Below are positions 9,284 through 18,899 of a stretch of 34,199 bases of DNA, one piece after another (the first letter of the stretch is position 1; each line of letters starts with the position of its first letter). Location of the stretch: IMG/VR virus record IMGVR_UViG_3300032303_000855, positions 1 to 34,199 of that record. One strand, 5' to 3'. The stretch is from a virus (lineage: Duplodnaviria; Caudoviricetes). Below the pieces are notes generated by a model. It searched no databases. It saw nothing but the letters and a program-made list of their open reading frames with translations, and had not been told where the DNA came from. Both the position numbers and the translations under genes were made by a program.

Positions 9284-9691
9284 ATGGCAAAACTTGTTCT
9301 CACCAATCCTTCCATCACAATCGCAGGAACAGACCTCAGTGACCACATTTCAAGCGTCACACTTGATACAAAATATGACATCGTTGAGACCACAAGTTTT
9401 GGCGACACCGCGAAAAAGAGAGTTGCTGGTCTTGCAGATAATTCTGTGAGCATCGACTTCTTCCAGGATTTTGCATCGTCATCAGTTGAATCAATTATCT
9501 TTCCATTGCTCGGCACAGCCGCAGCAATTGTCATCAAGCCAGTTTCAACAACCACTACAACAACAAATCCGAGCTACACAGTCTCAGCACTTGTTTCAGA
9601 GTGGACTCCACTCAAGGGTGGAATTGGTCAACTAGCAACAGCATCAGTGACTTGGCCGGTATCCGGCGTCATCACTAAGGCGACTGCTTAA
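9284..9691 (+). CDS. Tail tube (major tail) protein, copy 2
   Basis: Same length as copy 1 (135 aa), ungapped; 92/135 identical by manual count. Confidence 0.85.
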   Translation: MAKLVLTNPSITIAGTDLSDHISSVTLDTKYDIVETTSFGDTAKKRVAGLADNSVSIDFFQDFASSSVESIIFPLLGTAAAIVIKPVSTTTTTTNPSYTVSALVSEWTPLKGGIGQLATASVTWPVSGVITKATA

Positions 9692-9719
9692 TCATCAAAA
9701 ACTAACTAAGGGGAAATAT

Positions 9720-9998
9720 ATGGACGGCTTATCAGTAAAAATCGTGCTTTCAGATGGATCAGAATTCACCTATCCACTGCGACCAAGAATCATCGTTGCG
9801 TTCGAGCAGAAGTTCGGAGCAGGATTTGCAAAGTTGCTTGGGGATCAACAGCGCCTTGAGCACATCTATTGGTTAGGGCATGAAGCACTGAAATGCAACG
9901 GACAGGTTGTCAAGCCTTTTGGAGCTGAATTCCTTGACACAGTAAAAACTGTGGAACTGGTTACTGACGAATCTTTCGTATCCACCGAGACAGCCTGA
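9720..9998 (+). CDS. Tail assembly chaperone (G-like)
   Basis: Position after the tail tubes; an overlapping -1 frame continues past its stop. Confidence 0.8.
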   Translation: MDGLSVKIVLSDGSEFTYPLRPRIIVAFEQKFGAGFAKLLGDQQRLEHIYWLGHEALKCNGQVVKPFGAEFLDTVKTVELVTDESFVSTETA

Positions 9999-10123
9999 CC
10001 TATTCAATAGCGGCTCTCTCGGTGGAAACAGGGTTGTCTCCGACGTCCTTACTTGATGCGCCTGAAGGTGTTCTTGAATCTATCGTTGCATATTTGAAAG
10101 AGAAGAACAAAAGTCGGGAGTGA
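9968..10123 (+). CDS. Frameshift extension of the tail chaperone (T-like frame)
   Basis: -1 frame open from 9968 to TGA at 10121-10123 (RIFRIHRDSLTYSIAALSVETGLSPTSLLDAPEGVLESIVAYLKEKNKSRE); no ATG; fills the gap exactly. Confidence 0.72.
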   Translation, partial: RIFRIHRDSLTYSIAALSVETGLSPTSLLDAPEGVLESIVAYLKEKNKSRE

Positions 10124-10127
10124 TGAT

Positions 10128-10724
10128 ATGGCGCAAAACGCAGTTGTTGTTTCAGGAGTAAAAGAGACAATTGCAGGTCTGAAAGAGTTTGACAAACAAG
10201 CCTTGAAAAAATTTCGCAAAGTAATCAACAAAGAACTTCGCAAAGCAAAAAATGATGCAAAACAAATCGCGACCACAGCTTCCGTTCATGGGGCTGGCGC
10301 TCCGATGAGTGGTTGGAAAACAACACCCGCCAAGAATCCTCGAAGGCGTAAGGGAAACAAAGATGATAAAGGTTTCCCCGCATGGGATGTGAATGCAGTG
10401 GTTGCGGGAATCAAATCTTCCAAAGCGCAAGGAAAAATGCGAGGGGATTACACAACCAGCGCCGGAGCGTTGATAAATGCAAGTCCAGCAGGGGTAATTT
10501 TTGAAATTGTAGGTCGCAAACAAGGTAGTTCATCTGTTACCGAGGATGCTGGCAGTGGAGAACAGTTCAAACGTACTTTATCCAATCGTTACGGCAAAGC
10601 CTCTCGCATGATTTGGCGCATAGTGGATCGAGATAAAGCCAAGATTGAGAAGAACTTTGATGAGGCACTTGATACTGCAAAAGCAGACCTTCAAAAAGCA
10701 ATGGAATCACAGAAAACTAGGTAA
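10128..10724 (+). CDS. Basic neck/tail-completion protein (HK97 gp10-like)
   Basis: N-terminal VVSGVKETIAGLKEFD, Lys-rich, AGVIFE motif. Confidence 0.6.
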   Translation: MAQNAVVVSGVKETIAGLKEFDKQALKKFRKVINKELRKAKNDAKQIATTASVHGAGAPMSGWKTTPAKNPRRRKGNKDDKGFPAWDVNAVVAGIKSSKAQGKMRGDYTTSAGALINASPAGVIFEIVGRKQGSSSVTEDAGSGEQFKRTLSNRYGKASRMIWRIVDRDKAKIEKNFDEALDTAKADLQKAMESQKTR

Positions 10725-10742
10725 TCGGAGAGCGAGGCAATC

Positions 10743-12896
10743 GTGGCAAAAGGCGCAGTAATTGCTCGAATCATTTCCGAATACTCAGACAAGGGCACAA
10801 AGGCAGCGGCCAAGGATGCTGAAAAACTAGGGAAACAATTTCACGATTTCGGTAACAAGGTTGCAAAGTCCTTTGCTATCGCAGCCGCAGCATCGGCAGC
10901 ATTCGCCATCAAGATGGGCGTTGACTCAGTCCGAGCTGCAATGGCTGAAGAACAGTCGATGGCTATCCTCGCCAAGACTTTGCAAAATGTTACAGGTGCA
11001 ACTGACTCACAAATTGCGTCAGTCAATACCTACATAAAGCAGACCATGCTTCGCCTCAACGTCCAGGATGAACTCCTTCGTCCAAGCCTTCAGGCGTTAT
11101 TGATTGCCACTCACGATATTACCAAGGCAGAAAGTTTGCAGCAGATTGCACTTGATGTCAGTGCAAATCGTGGAAAAGATTTGACTGCTGTGTCAATCGC
11201 ACTTGCAAAGGCTTATGCGGGAAATTTCAATGCACTTAAGCGACTTGGAATTCCTTTATCTGAGACTCTTATCAAGAGCAAAGACTTCGTTGGCATCGTC
11301 AAGGAACTTGAATCCGCCACCAAGGGATCAGCAGCGGCAGCCGCAGACACATTTGCTGGCAAGATAGGTCGCATCGGCTTGGCTTTTGACGAGGTAAGAA
11401 AGACAATTGGCAACGCAATCATCTTGGCTTTGCAACCTTTCCTTGATAAGTTCACAAAGTATTTGCCTCAAATCGAAAAATGGCTGGATGCCAACGGCAA
11501 GAAAATAGCCGCGTTCTTTATTACTGGCATTTCTTATGGCGTCGCCTTCGCTCAAGTTTTGTATGACACTTTCAGCTTTGTAGCTCGCAACATTAAAACT
11601 TTTGAAGTCCTTGGCGCTGTTATTGTTGCCGCTCTATTTGGCGCAAAGGTAGCGGCGGCAGTTCAAGGGATGATTACTGCTGTCATGGCAATCATCAAGG
11701 TGATGAAAGCACTTCGCACAGTCTCACTAGGCGCAGCCGCAGCCGAAGCCCTCGCCACCGGTGGAATATCGGCAGCGGCAGGGGCAGCGGCATTTGGCGT
11801 TGCCTTGATAGCAATCAATGTGGCCACAAATAAGTTTGATAAGGACGCTGAAAAAGCGGCGGCAAAAGTGGGCGACCTGAAGTTCAACTTCAAGGGTCTT
11901 GCTCTCACAACCGCCGATTACCTCAAAGGTCTTGGCAAAACATCAGGTGCAACAACGAAACTCACTGCGGATCAGATAAAAGCAGCCAAAGTTGCTGCGG
12001 AACTCCTAGCGTTACAAAAACAATTGGCGAACAAAGGTGTTACTGCAACAACTGAGACAGACCCAATCCAACTTGAAGCGGTACGACTTAACCTGCTCAA
12101 GCAGCACAATGTTGAGCTAGATATGGCTTACGCCCGTTTGATGGCAAATTATGAAGCTCAGATGTCTAACAATACTGCGGCTCAGCGATACGCAGACATT
12201 CTTGGCACTTTGGCCGATAAAGATATTTCAGTCAATGAAGTCAATATGTTGGCTAAGAAATGGGGAGAGTCGCAAGAGGCAGTTGTTGCATACATTGCAT
12301 CTGTTCTTGGCGCTGATACCTATTCAAAGGCATTGACAAACCCTGGTGACGTCGCAGCAATGGGATGGCGCAACGCTCTGAGTCAACTTGATGTTTATAT
12401 TTCCACACTCAAGGCAATCCCCGCTTACAATCCAAATGTGACCAGTGGGGCTGCATTTGTAGCAACACAAGTTGCCGATATAGATGCCGCAACCAAAGCA
12501 GCAGAGGCTGCCATTGCTGTGGCAGATGCGGCTATTGCGGCAGCAGAAAAAGCCATCAATGATCCTGAGTTAAATAAGATTTTGGACGCATTGAAGAATA
12601 TACCTGCCAAGACCTATAACACCGGCGCAAACAATTACGGGGGACTCTCCGGTGCTGGTCAAGCTGGCGGCGGTGGTGGTTTTGGCGCTGTCACAGGTAC
12701 TTCAACTTCCATGTTTGCTGCCACTAGCGCCCCTGCAACCGACTCGTCTGCATCTATCGGCGGGGGACTTTACATCACTGTCAACAATGCTGGCTCTGTC
12801 ATCTCAAACACAGACCTTGTCGCATCCATCACGCAAGGAGTCCAGCAGAATCAGTTGTCAGGAAAAGCCTTGACATTCAATGGACAGTATTTCTAA
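10743..12896 (+). CDS. Tape measure protein
   Basis: 717 aa, Ala-rich helical, hydrophobic middle segments, C-terminal ITVNNAG; position. Confidence 0.92.
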   Translation: MAKGAVIARIISEYSDKGTKAAAKDAEKLGKQFHDFGNKVAKSFAIAAAASAAFAIKMGVDSVRAAMAEEQSMAILAKTLQNVTGATDSQIASVNTYIKQTMLRLNVQDELLRPSLQALLIATHDITKAESLQQIALDVSANRGKDLTAVSIALAKAYAGNFNALKRLGIPLSETLIKSKDFVGIVKELESATKGSAAAAADTFAGKIGRIGLAFDEVRKTIGNAIILALQPFLDKFTKYLPQIEKWLDANGKKIAAFFITGISYGVAFAQVLYDTFSFVARNIKTFEVLGAVIVAALFGAKVAAAVQGMITAVMAIIKVMKALRTVSLGAAAAEALATGGISAAAGAAAFGVALIAINVATNKFDKDAEKAAAKVGDLKFNFKGLALTTADYLKGLGKTSGATTKLTADQIKAAKVAAELLALQKQLANKGVTATTETDPIQLEAVRLNLLKQHNVELDMAYARLMANYEAQMSNNTAAQRYADILGTLADKDISVNEVNMLAKKWGESQEAVVAYIASVLGADTYSKALTNPGDVAAMGWRNALSQLDVYISTLKAIPAYNPNVTSGAAFVATQVADIDAATKAAEAAIAVADAAIAAAEKAINDPELNKILDALKNIPAKTYNTGANNYGGLSGAGQAGGGGGFGAVTGTSTSMFAATSAPATDSSASIGGGLYITVNNAGSVISNTDLVASITQGVQQNQLSGKALTFNGQYF

Positions 12897-14165
12897 ATGT
12901 CACTTGCTGGATTTCCCCAACTTGGCGTCATCATTGACTTTACCAACGGCGCTCAATTCATTACCACTGCTTTTACCTTGGACAACGCTACAAAAGGACT
13001 TCTTGGCACAGGTCAACTTGCTGATGCAGATGATCGAGTGGATGTCTCTGCAATCACCTTGCAGGTGGCTATACGTCGTGGTCGAAACCGCATCCTTGAC
13101 AAGTTTGAAGCAGGGACTGCAACTGTGGTCTTGCAAGATGAGCAAGGGTATTTCAACCCAAGCAATGCCTCATCGCCCTATGCGGGGCAGCTCATCCCTC
13201 TGCGTAAGATTCAAATATTTGCAGACTTCAATGGTATTCGTTATCCACTCTTTTACGGATTCATTCAGCAATACACCACAAACTTTGCAGTGGGCGTCAA
13301 TGACATCAACAGCGTGACCTTGCAGTGCGTTGATGGATTTAGATTGCTCAACAACGTTGCCTTCACCACTGTCACTGGCGCTGCCGCTGGTGATTTAAGT
13401 GGTACTCGCGTGACGCAACTACTGGATACCGCGTCTTGGCCTATTGCTGCTCGATCCATTGATGCCGGTTCATCAACGATGCAAAATGACCCTGGAACAG
13501 CCAATCGCAACTTACTTGATGCTATTCAACTTGTCGCAGACAAGAGTGAAAATGGTGGCTTCTTCATTGATAGTGCGGGGAATGCGGTTTTTCTCTCTCG
13601 TGACAGTATGGCAAAGAAACCGAGTGTATCTCCGATTGTCTTTACTGATACCGGCACAGGAATCGACTATCAAGGTGTGGAAGTCCTACAAGATGACACC
13701 CTTATTCTCAATGATGTGACAGTCCAAAGACTTGGGGGAGTAGCGCAACGAGTGCAAGATGCTACTTCGCAAGGCATCTATTTCATAAAATCAGGAGTGC
13801 GCACAGATATTTTGGTGCAGACTGACACTGAGGCTTTATCCCAGGCACAAATTGCACTGGCTACTCGCAAAGATGTTTCGGTGCGTATCTCATCGCTCAT
13901 GCTTAATCTTTTTGATTCAAGCTCACCAACTCGTGTTGCAGCAGGTTTAGATGCCGACATTTTTGACGTCATTAGTGTGCAAAAAACAATGTCCGGGAGT
14001 TCATCCATTACCAAGACTTTATTGGTGCAGGGCGTTCAGTACGACATCACTAAAAAAAGTTTTGTGGCTAAGTTATTGACTAATGAACCACAAATTTCAG
14101 GATTTGTTCTTAACAGCACGACCACAGGTGTTCTCAATTCATCTGCTGGACTCTTGAGTTACTAG
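12897..14165 (+). CDS. Minor tail/baseplate hub protein
   Basis: Directly after tape measure; IRRGR...FEAGTATVVL..GYFNP motif typical of actinophage minor tail proteins. Confidence 0.8.
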   Translation: MSLAGFPQLGVIIDFTNGAQFITTAFTLDNATKGLLGTGQLADADDRVDVSAITLQVAIRRGRNRILDKFEAGTATVVLQDEQGYFNPSNASSPYAGQLIPLRKIQIFADFNGIRYPLFYGFIQQYTTNFAVGVNDINSVTLQCVDGFRLLNNVAFTTVTGAAAGDLSGTRVTQLLDTASWPIAARSIDAGSSTMQNDPGTANRNLLDAIQLVADKSENGGFFIDSAGNAVFLSRDSMAKKPSVSPIVFTDTGTGIDYQGVEVLQDDTLILNDVTVQRLGGVAQRVQDATSQGIYFIKSGVRTDILVQTDTEALSQAQIALATRKDVSVRISSLMLNLFDSSSPTRVAAGLDADIFDVISVQKTMSGSSSITKTLLVQGVQYDITKKSFVAKLLTNEPQISGFVLNSTTTGVLNSSAGLLSY

Positions 14166-14179
14166 GTAAAGGAGACACA

Positions 14180-15187
14180 ATGGCTGGCGCAGGCTATAAG
14201 CTATTTTCAACAGGCGAAGTATTGACCGCAAACAATGTCGCAACATATTTGATGCAACAGACTGTCATGGTATTTGCATCTTCAGCAGCTCGAACCACAG
14301 CACTCAGCGGAGTATTGGCAGAGGGCATGGTCTCATATCTCCAGGACACAAACGTCCTTGAAGTCTACGACGGAGCCGCCTGGGTTGGAGCAACCGGCGA
14401 TATCACCGAAATAACAGCCGGCACAGGCATCAGCGTCACCAGTGGAACCGGGCCGATTCCAACCGTTGCAATCAACACCGCCGTTACAGCCGATTTAACC
14501 ACAGCGCAGACGTTGACAAATAAGAAACTTTCAGATTCAACGACGACAATCGTAGACGTTACAGATGCAACTAAAGCAATTAAGTTTGACGTGGCCGGAA
14601 CGACAGCGATCACCGGAACGATTGCAACCGCCTTCACCACTGCCAAAACTTTATCTTTGCCAGATGCAACAGATACGCTCGTCGGTAAAGCAACCACAGA
14701 CACCCTCACAAACAAGACACTGACCGCCCCAATCATTTCTACAATCAGCAATACCGGAACCTTGACCCTTCCGACTTCGACCGATACGCTCGTCGGTAGA
14801 GCGACAACTGACACCCTTACAAATAAGACGCTGACAACACCAGTAATATCCAGCCCTAAGATTTCATCTACCTACACAGCCAAGACTGCGGCCTACACAT
14901 TTGCCTCCGGCGATGAAGGTCAGTTGTTCTCGATGAACAACGCAGCATCCGTCCAGTTTAATATCCCGACAGATGCCACCTTCAACTTCGCAGTAGGCAC
15001 AGAGATTAACGTCTTTTGGATTACAGGTGCAGGTCAACCAACTATAGGTGCAGTGACACCAGGAACAACTACTGTGATTTCTACCGGCGCTACTAGTGCT
15101 ACTCCCAAACTTCGTGTAGCCAACTCAGGTGCAACTTGCAAGAAAATTGCGGCAAATAGTTGGATTGTATTTGGAGACCTTGCCTAA
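14180..15187 (+). CDS. Tail fibre/minor tail protein with TLTNKT repeats
   Basis: N-terminal FSTGEVLTA...YLMQQ, Thr-rich repeats, C-terminal beta domain ending WIVFGDLA. Confidence 0.8.
   Translation: MAGAGYKLFSTGEVLTANNVATYLMQQTVMVFASSAARTTALSGVLAEGMVSYLQDTNVLEVYDGAAWVGATGDITEITAGTGISVTSGTGPIPTVAINTAVTADLTTAQTLTNKKLSDSTTTIVDVTDATKAIKFDVAGTTAITGTIATAFTTAKTLSLPDATDTLVGKATTDTLTNKTLTAPIISTISNTGTLTLPTSTDTLVGRATTDTLTNKTLTTPVISSPKISSTYTAKTAAYTFASGDEGQLFSMNNAASVQFNIPTDATFNFAVGTEINVFWITGAGQPTIGAVTPGTTTVISTGATSATPKLRVANSGATCKKIAANSWIVFGDLA
14672..14835 (+). repeat. 111-nt-period internal repeat (DTLVG[K/R]ATTDTLTNKTLT x2)
   Basis: GATACGCTCGTCGGTA occurs at 14672 and 14783. Confidence 0.85.
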
Positions 15188-15753
15188 TGACTCCAATGCT
15201 AGGGATTATGGCTAGTTCAATCAGCGGCAGCAAAGCAGTAACCAACTCTTATGAGTCTATTGCGACTGCAACCGGTACGGGGTCAAGTGGAATAATTACT
15301 TTTACATCAATTCCACAGACATATAAGCATCTTCAAGTGCGGGCAATACTTAGAGGTACTGCAGCAGCAAGCGCAAATGGAACTGATATGCGGTACAACA
15401 GCGATTCAGGTGCTAACTATACACTTCACCGCCTTATTGGTGATGGTGCTTCTGCATCAGCAGATGCATACACAGGACGCACGGGTGCTTGGCTTGGTTT
15501 GGAAGTGGACGCATCAGCGGCTTCAAACATTTATGCCGCTGCTGTAGTTGATATTCTTGATTACACAAATACAAACAAATATAAGACTAGCCGTTCAATG
15601 GGTGCTTACGACCTTAATGGCTCAGGACAAATTAATTTTGCATCAGCATTATGGCTCAATACTGCGGCAATTACTTCAATTACAATTACCGCGGCTTCAA
15701 GTGGCAACTGGACAACTGGTTCATCATTTGCACTATACGGGATTAAGGGGTAA
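15187..15753 (+). CDS. Tail-tip beta-rich protein, paralog 1
   Basis: ATG overlaps the upstream TAA; YESIAT...ITFTSIPQTYKHL...W.NTAAITSI...LYGIK. Confidence 0.78.
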   Translation: MTPMLGIMASSISGSKAVTNSYESIATATGTGSSGIITFTSIPQTYKHLQVRAILRGTAAASANGTDMRYNSDSGANYTLHRLIGDGASASADAYTGRTGAWLGLEVDASAASNIYAAAVVDILDYTNTNKYKTSRSMGAYDLNGSGQINFASALWLNTAAITSITITAASSGNWTTGSSFALYGIKG

Positions 15754-15755
15754 TC

Positions 15756-16280
15756 ATGGCAGCCGGATCAACCTACACACCGATAGCGACTACAACGCTT
15801 AGTAGTTCCGCAGCAGATATTACTTTTACTGGAATTAGCCAGAGTTATACAGACTTAGTAATTATTATTTCTGCTCGTTCAACTTATTCAGGTGCAGATG
15901 TAGCAGGATTTATTAGAGTTGGCAATGGCTCAATAGACACAGGCGCTAATTATTCTAGGACTCGATTATTAGGAACTGGCTCTGCTGCATCATCTGCTCG
16001 TGGTACAGGTTCGACTACTATTGCTTGGGATTCCATTCCGGGCGCAACTGCTACCGCCGGAGTTTTTTGCGTTACCACAATTTCTATCAATAATTATTCA
16101 AACAGCACCACATATAAAACATTGTTAATACGTTCAAATCAACCAGAATTATATGTAGAAGCAACAGTTGGGCTTTGGCGTAGTACGAGCGCAATTAACC
16201 AAGTACAGATTTATGGCGATGGAGCAGCAAATTTGGCTTCAGGAACAACAGCAACCCTCTACGGAATCGCGGCGGCATAA
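15756..16280 (+). CDS. Tail-tip beta-rich protein, paralog 2
   Basis: YTPIAT...ITFTGISQSYTDL...GLWRSTSAINQV...LYGIA. Confidence 0.78.
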   Translation: MAAGSTYTPIATTTLSSSAADITFTGISQSYTDLVIIISARSTYSGADVAGFIRVGNGSIDTGANYSRTRLLGTGSAASSARGTGSTTIAWDSIPGATATAGVFCVTTISINNYSNSTTYKTLLIRSNQPELYVEATVGLWRSTSAINQVQIYGDGAANLASGTTATLYGIAAA

Positions 16281-16816
16281 TGGCTAATACATTTGAGTTA
16301 ATTTCGTCAAGTACAGTTGGCAGCGGCGGTGCTGCAACTATTGACTTTACAAGCATTGTTTCAACATTTACTGATTTGTGTTTGAAAGTATCGTTGCGAA
16401 GCACAAGCACAAGCGGTAATCAAGAGTATTTGCTATTACGTTTTAATAATGATTCAGGTTCTAATTACACATCAATAGGTCTTGCAGGTGGTGGCGGTGC
16501 GGCTGGTTCGAATACTCGCTCCGCTCAAACTGAATTGTGGTGTAGCACATCAAGTTACGGAGCAAACAACGCAAACGATACTGCAAACACATTTTCAAAT
16601 GGTGAGTTATACATACCAAACTATTTAGGCTCAACACAAAAAAGTGTTTCGGTTGATACAGTTGTGGAAGCAAACTCGTCATCCATTGGAAGTTTAGGTA
16701 TTACAGCAGGAATTTGGACAGGAACATCTGCAATAAATCGCGTCACTATATTCCCACTCTCAGGAGTTTGGGCTCAATACACAACCGCCTACCTATATGG
16801 AGTAAAAAATGCCTAA
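16280..16816 (+). CDS. Tail-tip beta-rich protein, paralog 3
   Basis: FELISS...IDFTSIVSTFTDL...GIWTGTSAINRV...LYGVK. Confidence 0.78.
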   Translation: MANTFELISSSTVGSGGAATIDFTSIVSTFTDLCLKVSLRSTSTSGNQEYLLLRFNNDSGSNYTSIGLAGGGGAAGSNTRSAQTELWCSTSSYGANNANDTANTFSNGELYIPNYLGSTQKSVSVDTVVEANSSSIGSLGITAGIWTGTSAINRVTIFPLSGVWAQYTTAYLYGVKNA

Positions 16817-17042
16817 CCCAACACGAATCGAAATAAACTGCGAGACAGGCGTGGAGTCAATTATTGAACTCACCGATGCCGAAGTAGCACAGATGCAAGC
16901 AGATGCAGCGGTTGCCGAAGCGGATCGAGTGACTCGTGAGGCAGCAGCCGCAGCCCTAGCCACACTTAAAGCATCGGCCAAGGCAAAGCTCATCGCTGGC
17001 ACACCTTTAACTCAAGCCGAGGCAGACACACTCGTCATCTAA
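16809..17042 (+). CDS. Small helical protein (possible fibre chaperone)
   Basis: EINCETG...ELTDAE...KASAKAKL; coupled to paralog 3. Function inferred from position only. Confidence 0.65.
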   Translation: MPNPTRIEINCETGVESIIELTDAEVAQMQADAAVAEADRVTREAAAAALATLKASAKAKLIAGTPLTQAEADTLVI

Positions 17043-17072
17043 CTCATCCACACATAGGAGAAGCAATTCCTT

Positions 17073-17336
17073 ATGAACCTTTCCAACTCATCCATGCTCC
17101 TTGCAACAATCAGCGCATTAGCCAACACCCTCGTCATACTCGGTGGGGGTTTTCGCGTGTATATGCACATCATCAAGAAGTTGGATCGAATTGAGTATGC
17201 AATCTTTAACGACGGCAACGGAATGAAACAGCAAGTTGAAGAGCTGCACAACAATCAGGCTTGCATCAAGACCGACATTGCAGTGATGAAGGCGAAGATG
17301 GAAATCACTACACCTAAGCGTCGCCGAGTCTCGTGA
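17073..17336 (+). CDS. Single-TM plus coiled-coil membrane protein (lysis block)
   Basis: RBS AGGAG; hydrophobic N-terminus followed by a heptad-like C-terminus. Confidence 0.65.
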   Translation: MNLSNSSMLLATISALANTLVILGGGFRVYMHIIKKLDRIEYAIFNDGNGMKQQVEELHNNQACIKTDIAVMKAKMEITTPKRRRVS

Positions 17337-17405
17337 GGTACTTCCTGGCTCGACTAGGAACATTCCTCTCACAAGTAAAATCACCAGGGAGATAGCAGGA
17401 ATCCT

Positions 17406-18899
17406 TTGCCAAAGATTGCTCGCGTTGCAATCGTTCTTGGAATAATTTTTGCCATCATCCCTGATTGGGCTGGCGCAGATTCAGGCGTGATTGGGACACC
17501 AACAAACCTTGAGTTAGAAGTTGACTACCAAACCCGCCAAGTAAAATTACAATGGCAAGCGCCACAAGATTCCGCGCCTGTTGAAAGATATGGCGTCTTT
17601 TGGTTTTGCAAGGGATGCGAAGGCGGCGGCAGGGCAATAGCTTCAACGGAGACCCACATCAATCTGAGTTTTGACGTTGTTGATGACGCCGGAGCACTAG
17701 ACGGGCGCTTGTTTGATTTCTCTATTCGATCCGATAACGATTCCTTGCAGATGTATTCAGGCTACATCAGCAAATCCGTCAAGTTGGGTAAACCAACAAT
17801 CGCGATAGACCCACCACCAATTCTTGTGCCAATAGAGACATCAACTACAGGCGCAGGGGTCATCCTTGATACGAGAACGGCAACTTTGGAAACACAGACT
17901 GTCGTGATTCCTACTCCGCCTCCGGCAGTTGATATGGAGGCGCAACGTCAAGCAGAGGCAACAGCTCAAGCCGCAATCGCCAGCGCAGTCGCAGCAGAGC
18001 AAGCAGCGCGAGAGGCAGAGGCATCGCGCATTAGGGCAGAGATAGATGCTCGCATCGCCGAAGCCAAGCGCATTGAGTCTGAGATAGCAGCACGATTGGC
18101 CGAAGCCGAAGCCAAAGCAAAGGCGCAAGCTGATGCAATCCTGGCGGCGCTGCAAGAAAAAGATGCAGCGGATCGAGTTGCCGCCGAGATAGCCAAGGCA
18201 AAGGCCGAGGCTGATAGGCAAGTGGCGGAGGCAGCAAGAATTGCAGCCGACATTGCGGCAAAGGCTCAGATTGCAATCAATGCAAAAGCGATTGCAGATG
18301 CAGCCAGGGCTGAGGCAGATAAGCAAATTGCAGAGTTAGCTCGCATCAAGGCTGAAGAGGTAAAGGCTAAGGCGCAAGAGGTAAAGGCTAAGGCTGAAGA
18401 AGCCAAGGCGATTGCAGAAATCGGCGTCAAGCCAAACAGCGCAGAGCAACTTCCTATTGATAAGCCAAAAGTTCCCGAAGGTGACCTTTTGACACCACGC
18501 ATCCAGCAAGACGTTCAAGGTGTGGAAAACGGCGGCATTGAATTCTTCGGCACTCAATCCCAACCGCAAGTGGTCAATGAAGATGGCACTTTGACAGCGC
18601 CAGCGCCATTACCAGGCACAGGTGATCCGATTCCTCCCGATGCAATTACTACCGCTGAGACCTTTATCGGGCAACCCGGCGGCGTCACTTTCAACGCACC
18701 TGACGTTGCAGTTCCCGTTGAACCGATAGAGGTCAACATTGAGATTCCTGGCGTGGGGCAAGCGGCGCAAGCAATTGCCGATGCCTATGTCGCGATGGCG
18801 AACGTTGGAAACGACATGTCACCTATTACGCGCAAGAAGGCCAAGAAGATTCTTGTTGCAACCATTTTTGCCGGGGCTGTTTTAAGGAGGAATCCATGA
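17406..18899 (+). CDS. Exported protein: signal/TM, Fn3-like domain, Ala/Glu/Lys coiled coil, Pro-rich region, hydrophobic C-terminus
   Basis: PTNL...VKLQWQAP...YGVFW (Fn3 pattern); TolA-like helical repeat; ends RKKAKKILVATIFAGAVLRR. TTG start after CAGGA. Confidence 0.75.
   Translation: MPKIARVAIVLGIIFAIIPDWAGADSGVIGTPTNLELEVDYQTRQVKLQWQAPQDSAPVERYGVFWFCKGCEGGGRAIASTETHINLSFDVVDDAGALDGRLFDFSIRSDNDSLQMYSGYISKSVKLGKPTIAIDPPPILVPIETSTTGAGVILDTRTATLETQTVVIPTPPPAVDMEAQRQAEATAQAAIASAVAAEQAAREAEASRIRAEIDARIAEAKRIESEIAARLAEAEAKAKAQADAILAALQEKDAADRVAAEIAKAKAEADRQVAEAARIAADIAAKAQIAINAKAIADAARAEADKQIAELARIKAEEVKAKAQEVKAKAEEAKAIAEIGVKPNSAEQLPIDKPKVPEGDLLTPRIQQDVQGVENGGIEFFGTQSQPQVVNEDGTLTAPAPLPGTGDPIPPDAITTAETFIGQPGGVTFNAPDVAVPVEPIEVNIEIPGVGQAAQAIADAYVAMANVGNDMSPITRKKAKKILVATIFAGAVLRRNP
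18355..18394 (+). repeat. 21-nt-period tandem repeat (EVKAKA x2)
   Basis: AAGAGGTAAAGGCTAAGGC at 18355 and 18376. Confidence 0.85.

Noticed and set aside
14180-16816. Diversity-generating retroelement or invertible cassette acting on the tail-tip paralogs
   Set aside because: No reverse transcriptase, no adenine-variant template repeat, no inverted crossover sites noticed; all paralogs share one orientation.
17841-18739. Several long minus-strand ORFs opposite the coiled-coil gene (also 4338-4826, 14365-14814, 27395-27829, 29060-29509)
   Set aside because: Antisense shadows of biased coding sequence; no RBS or motifs.
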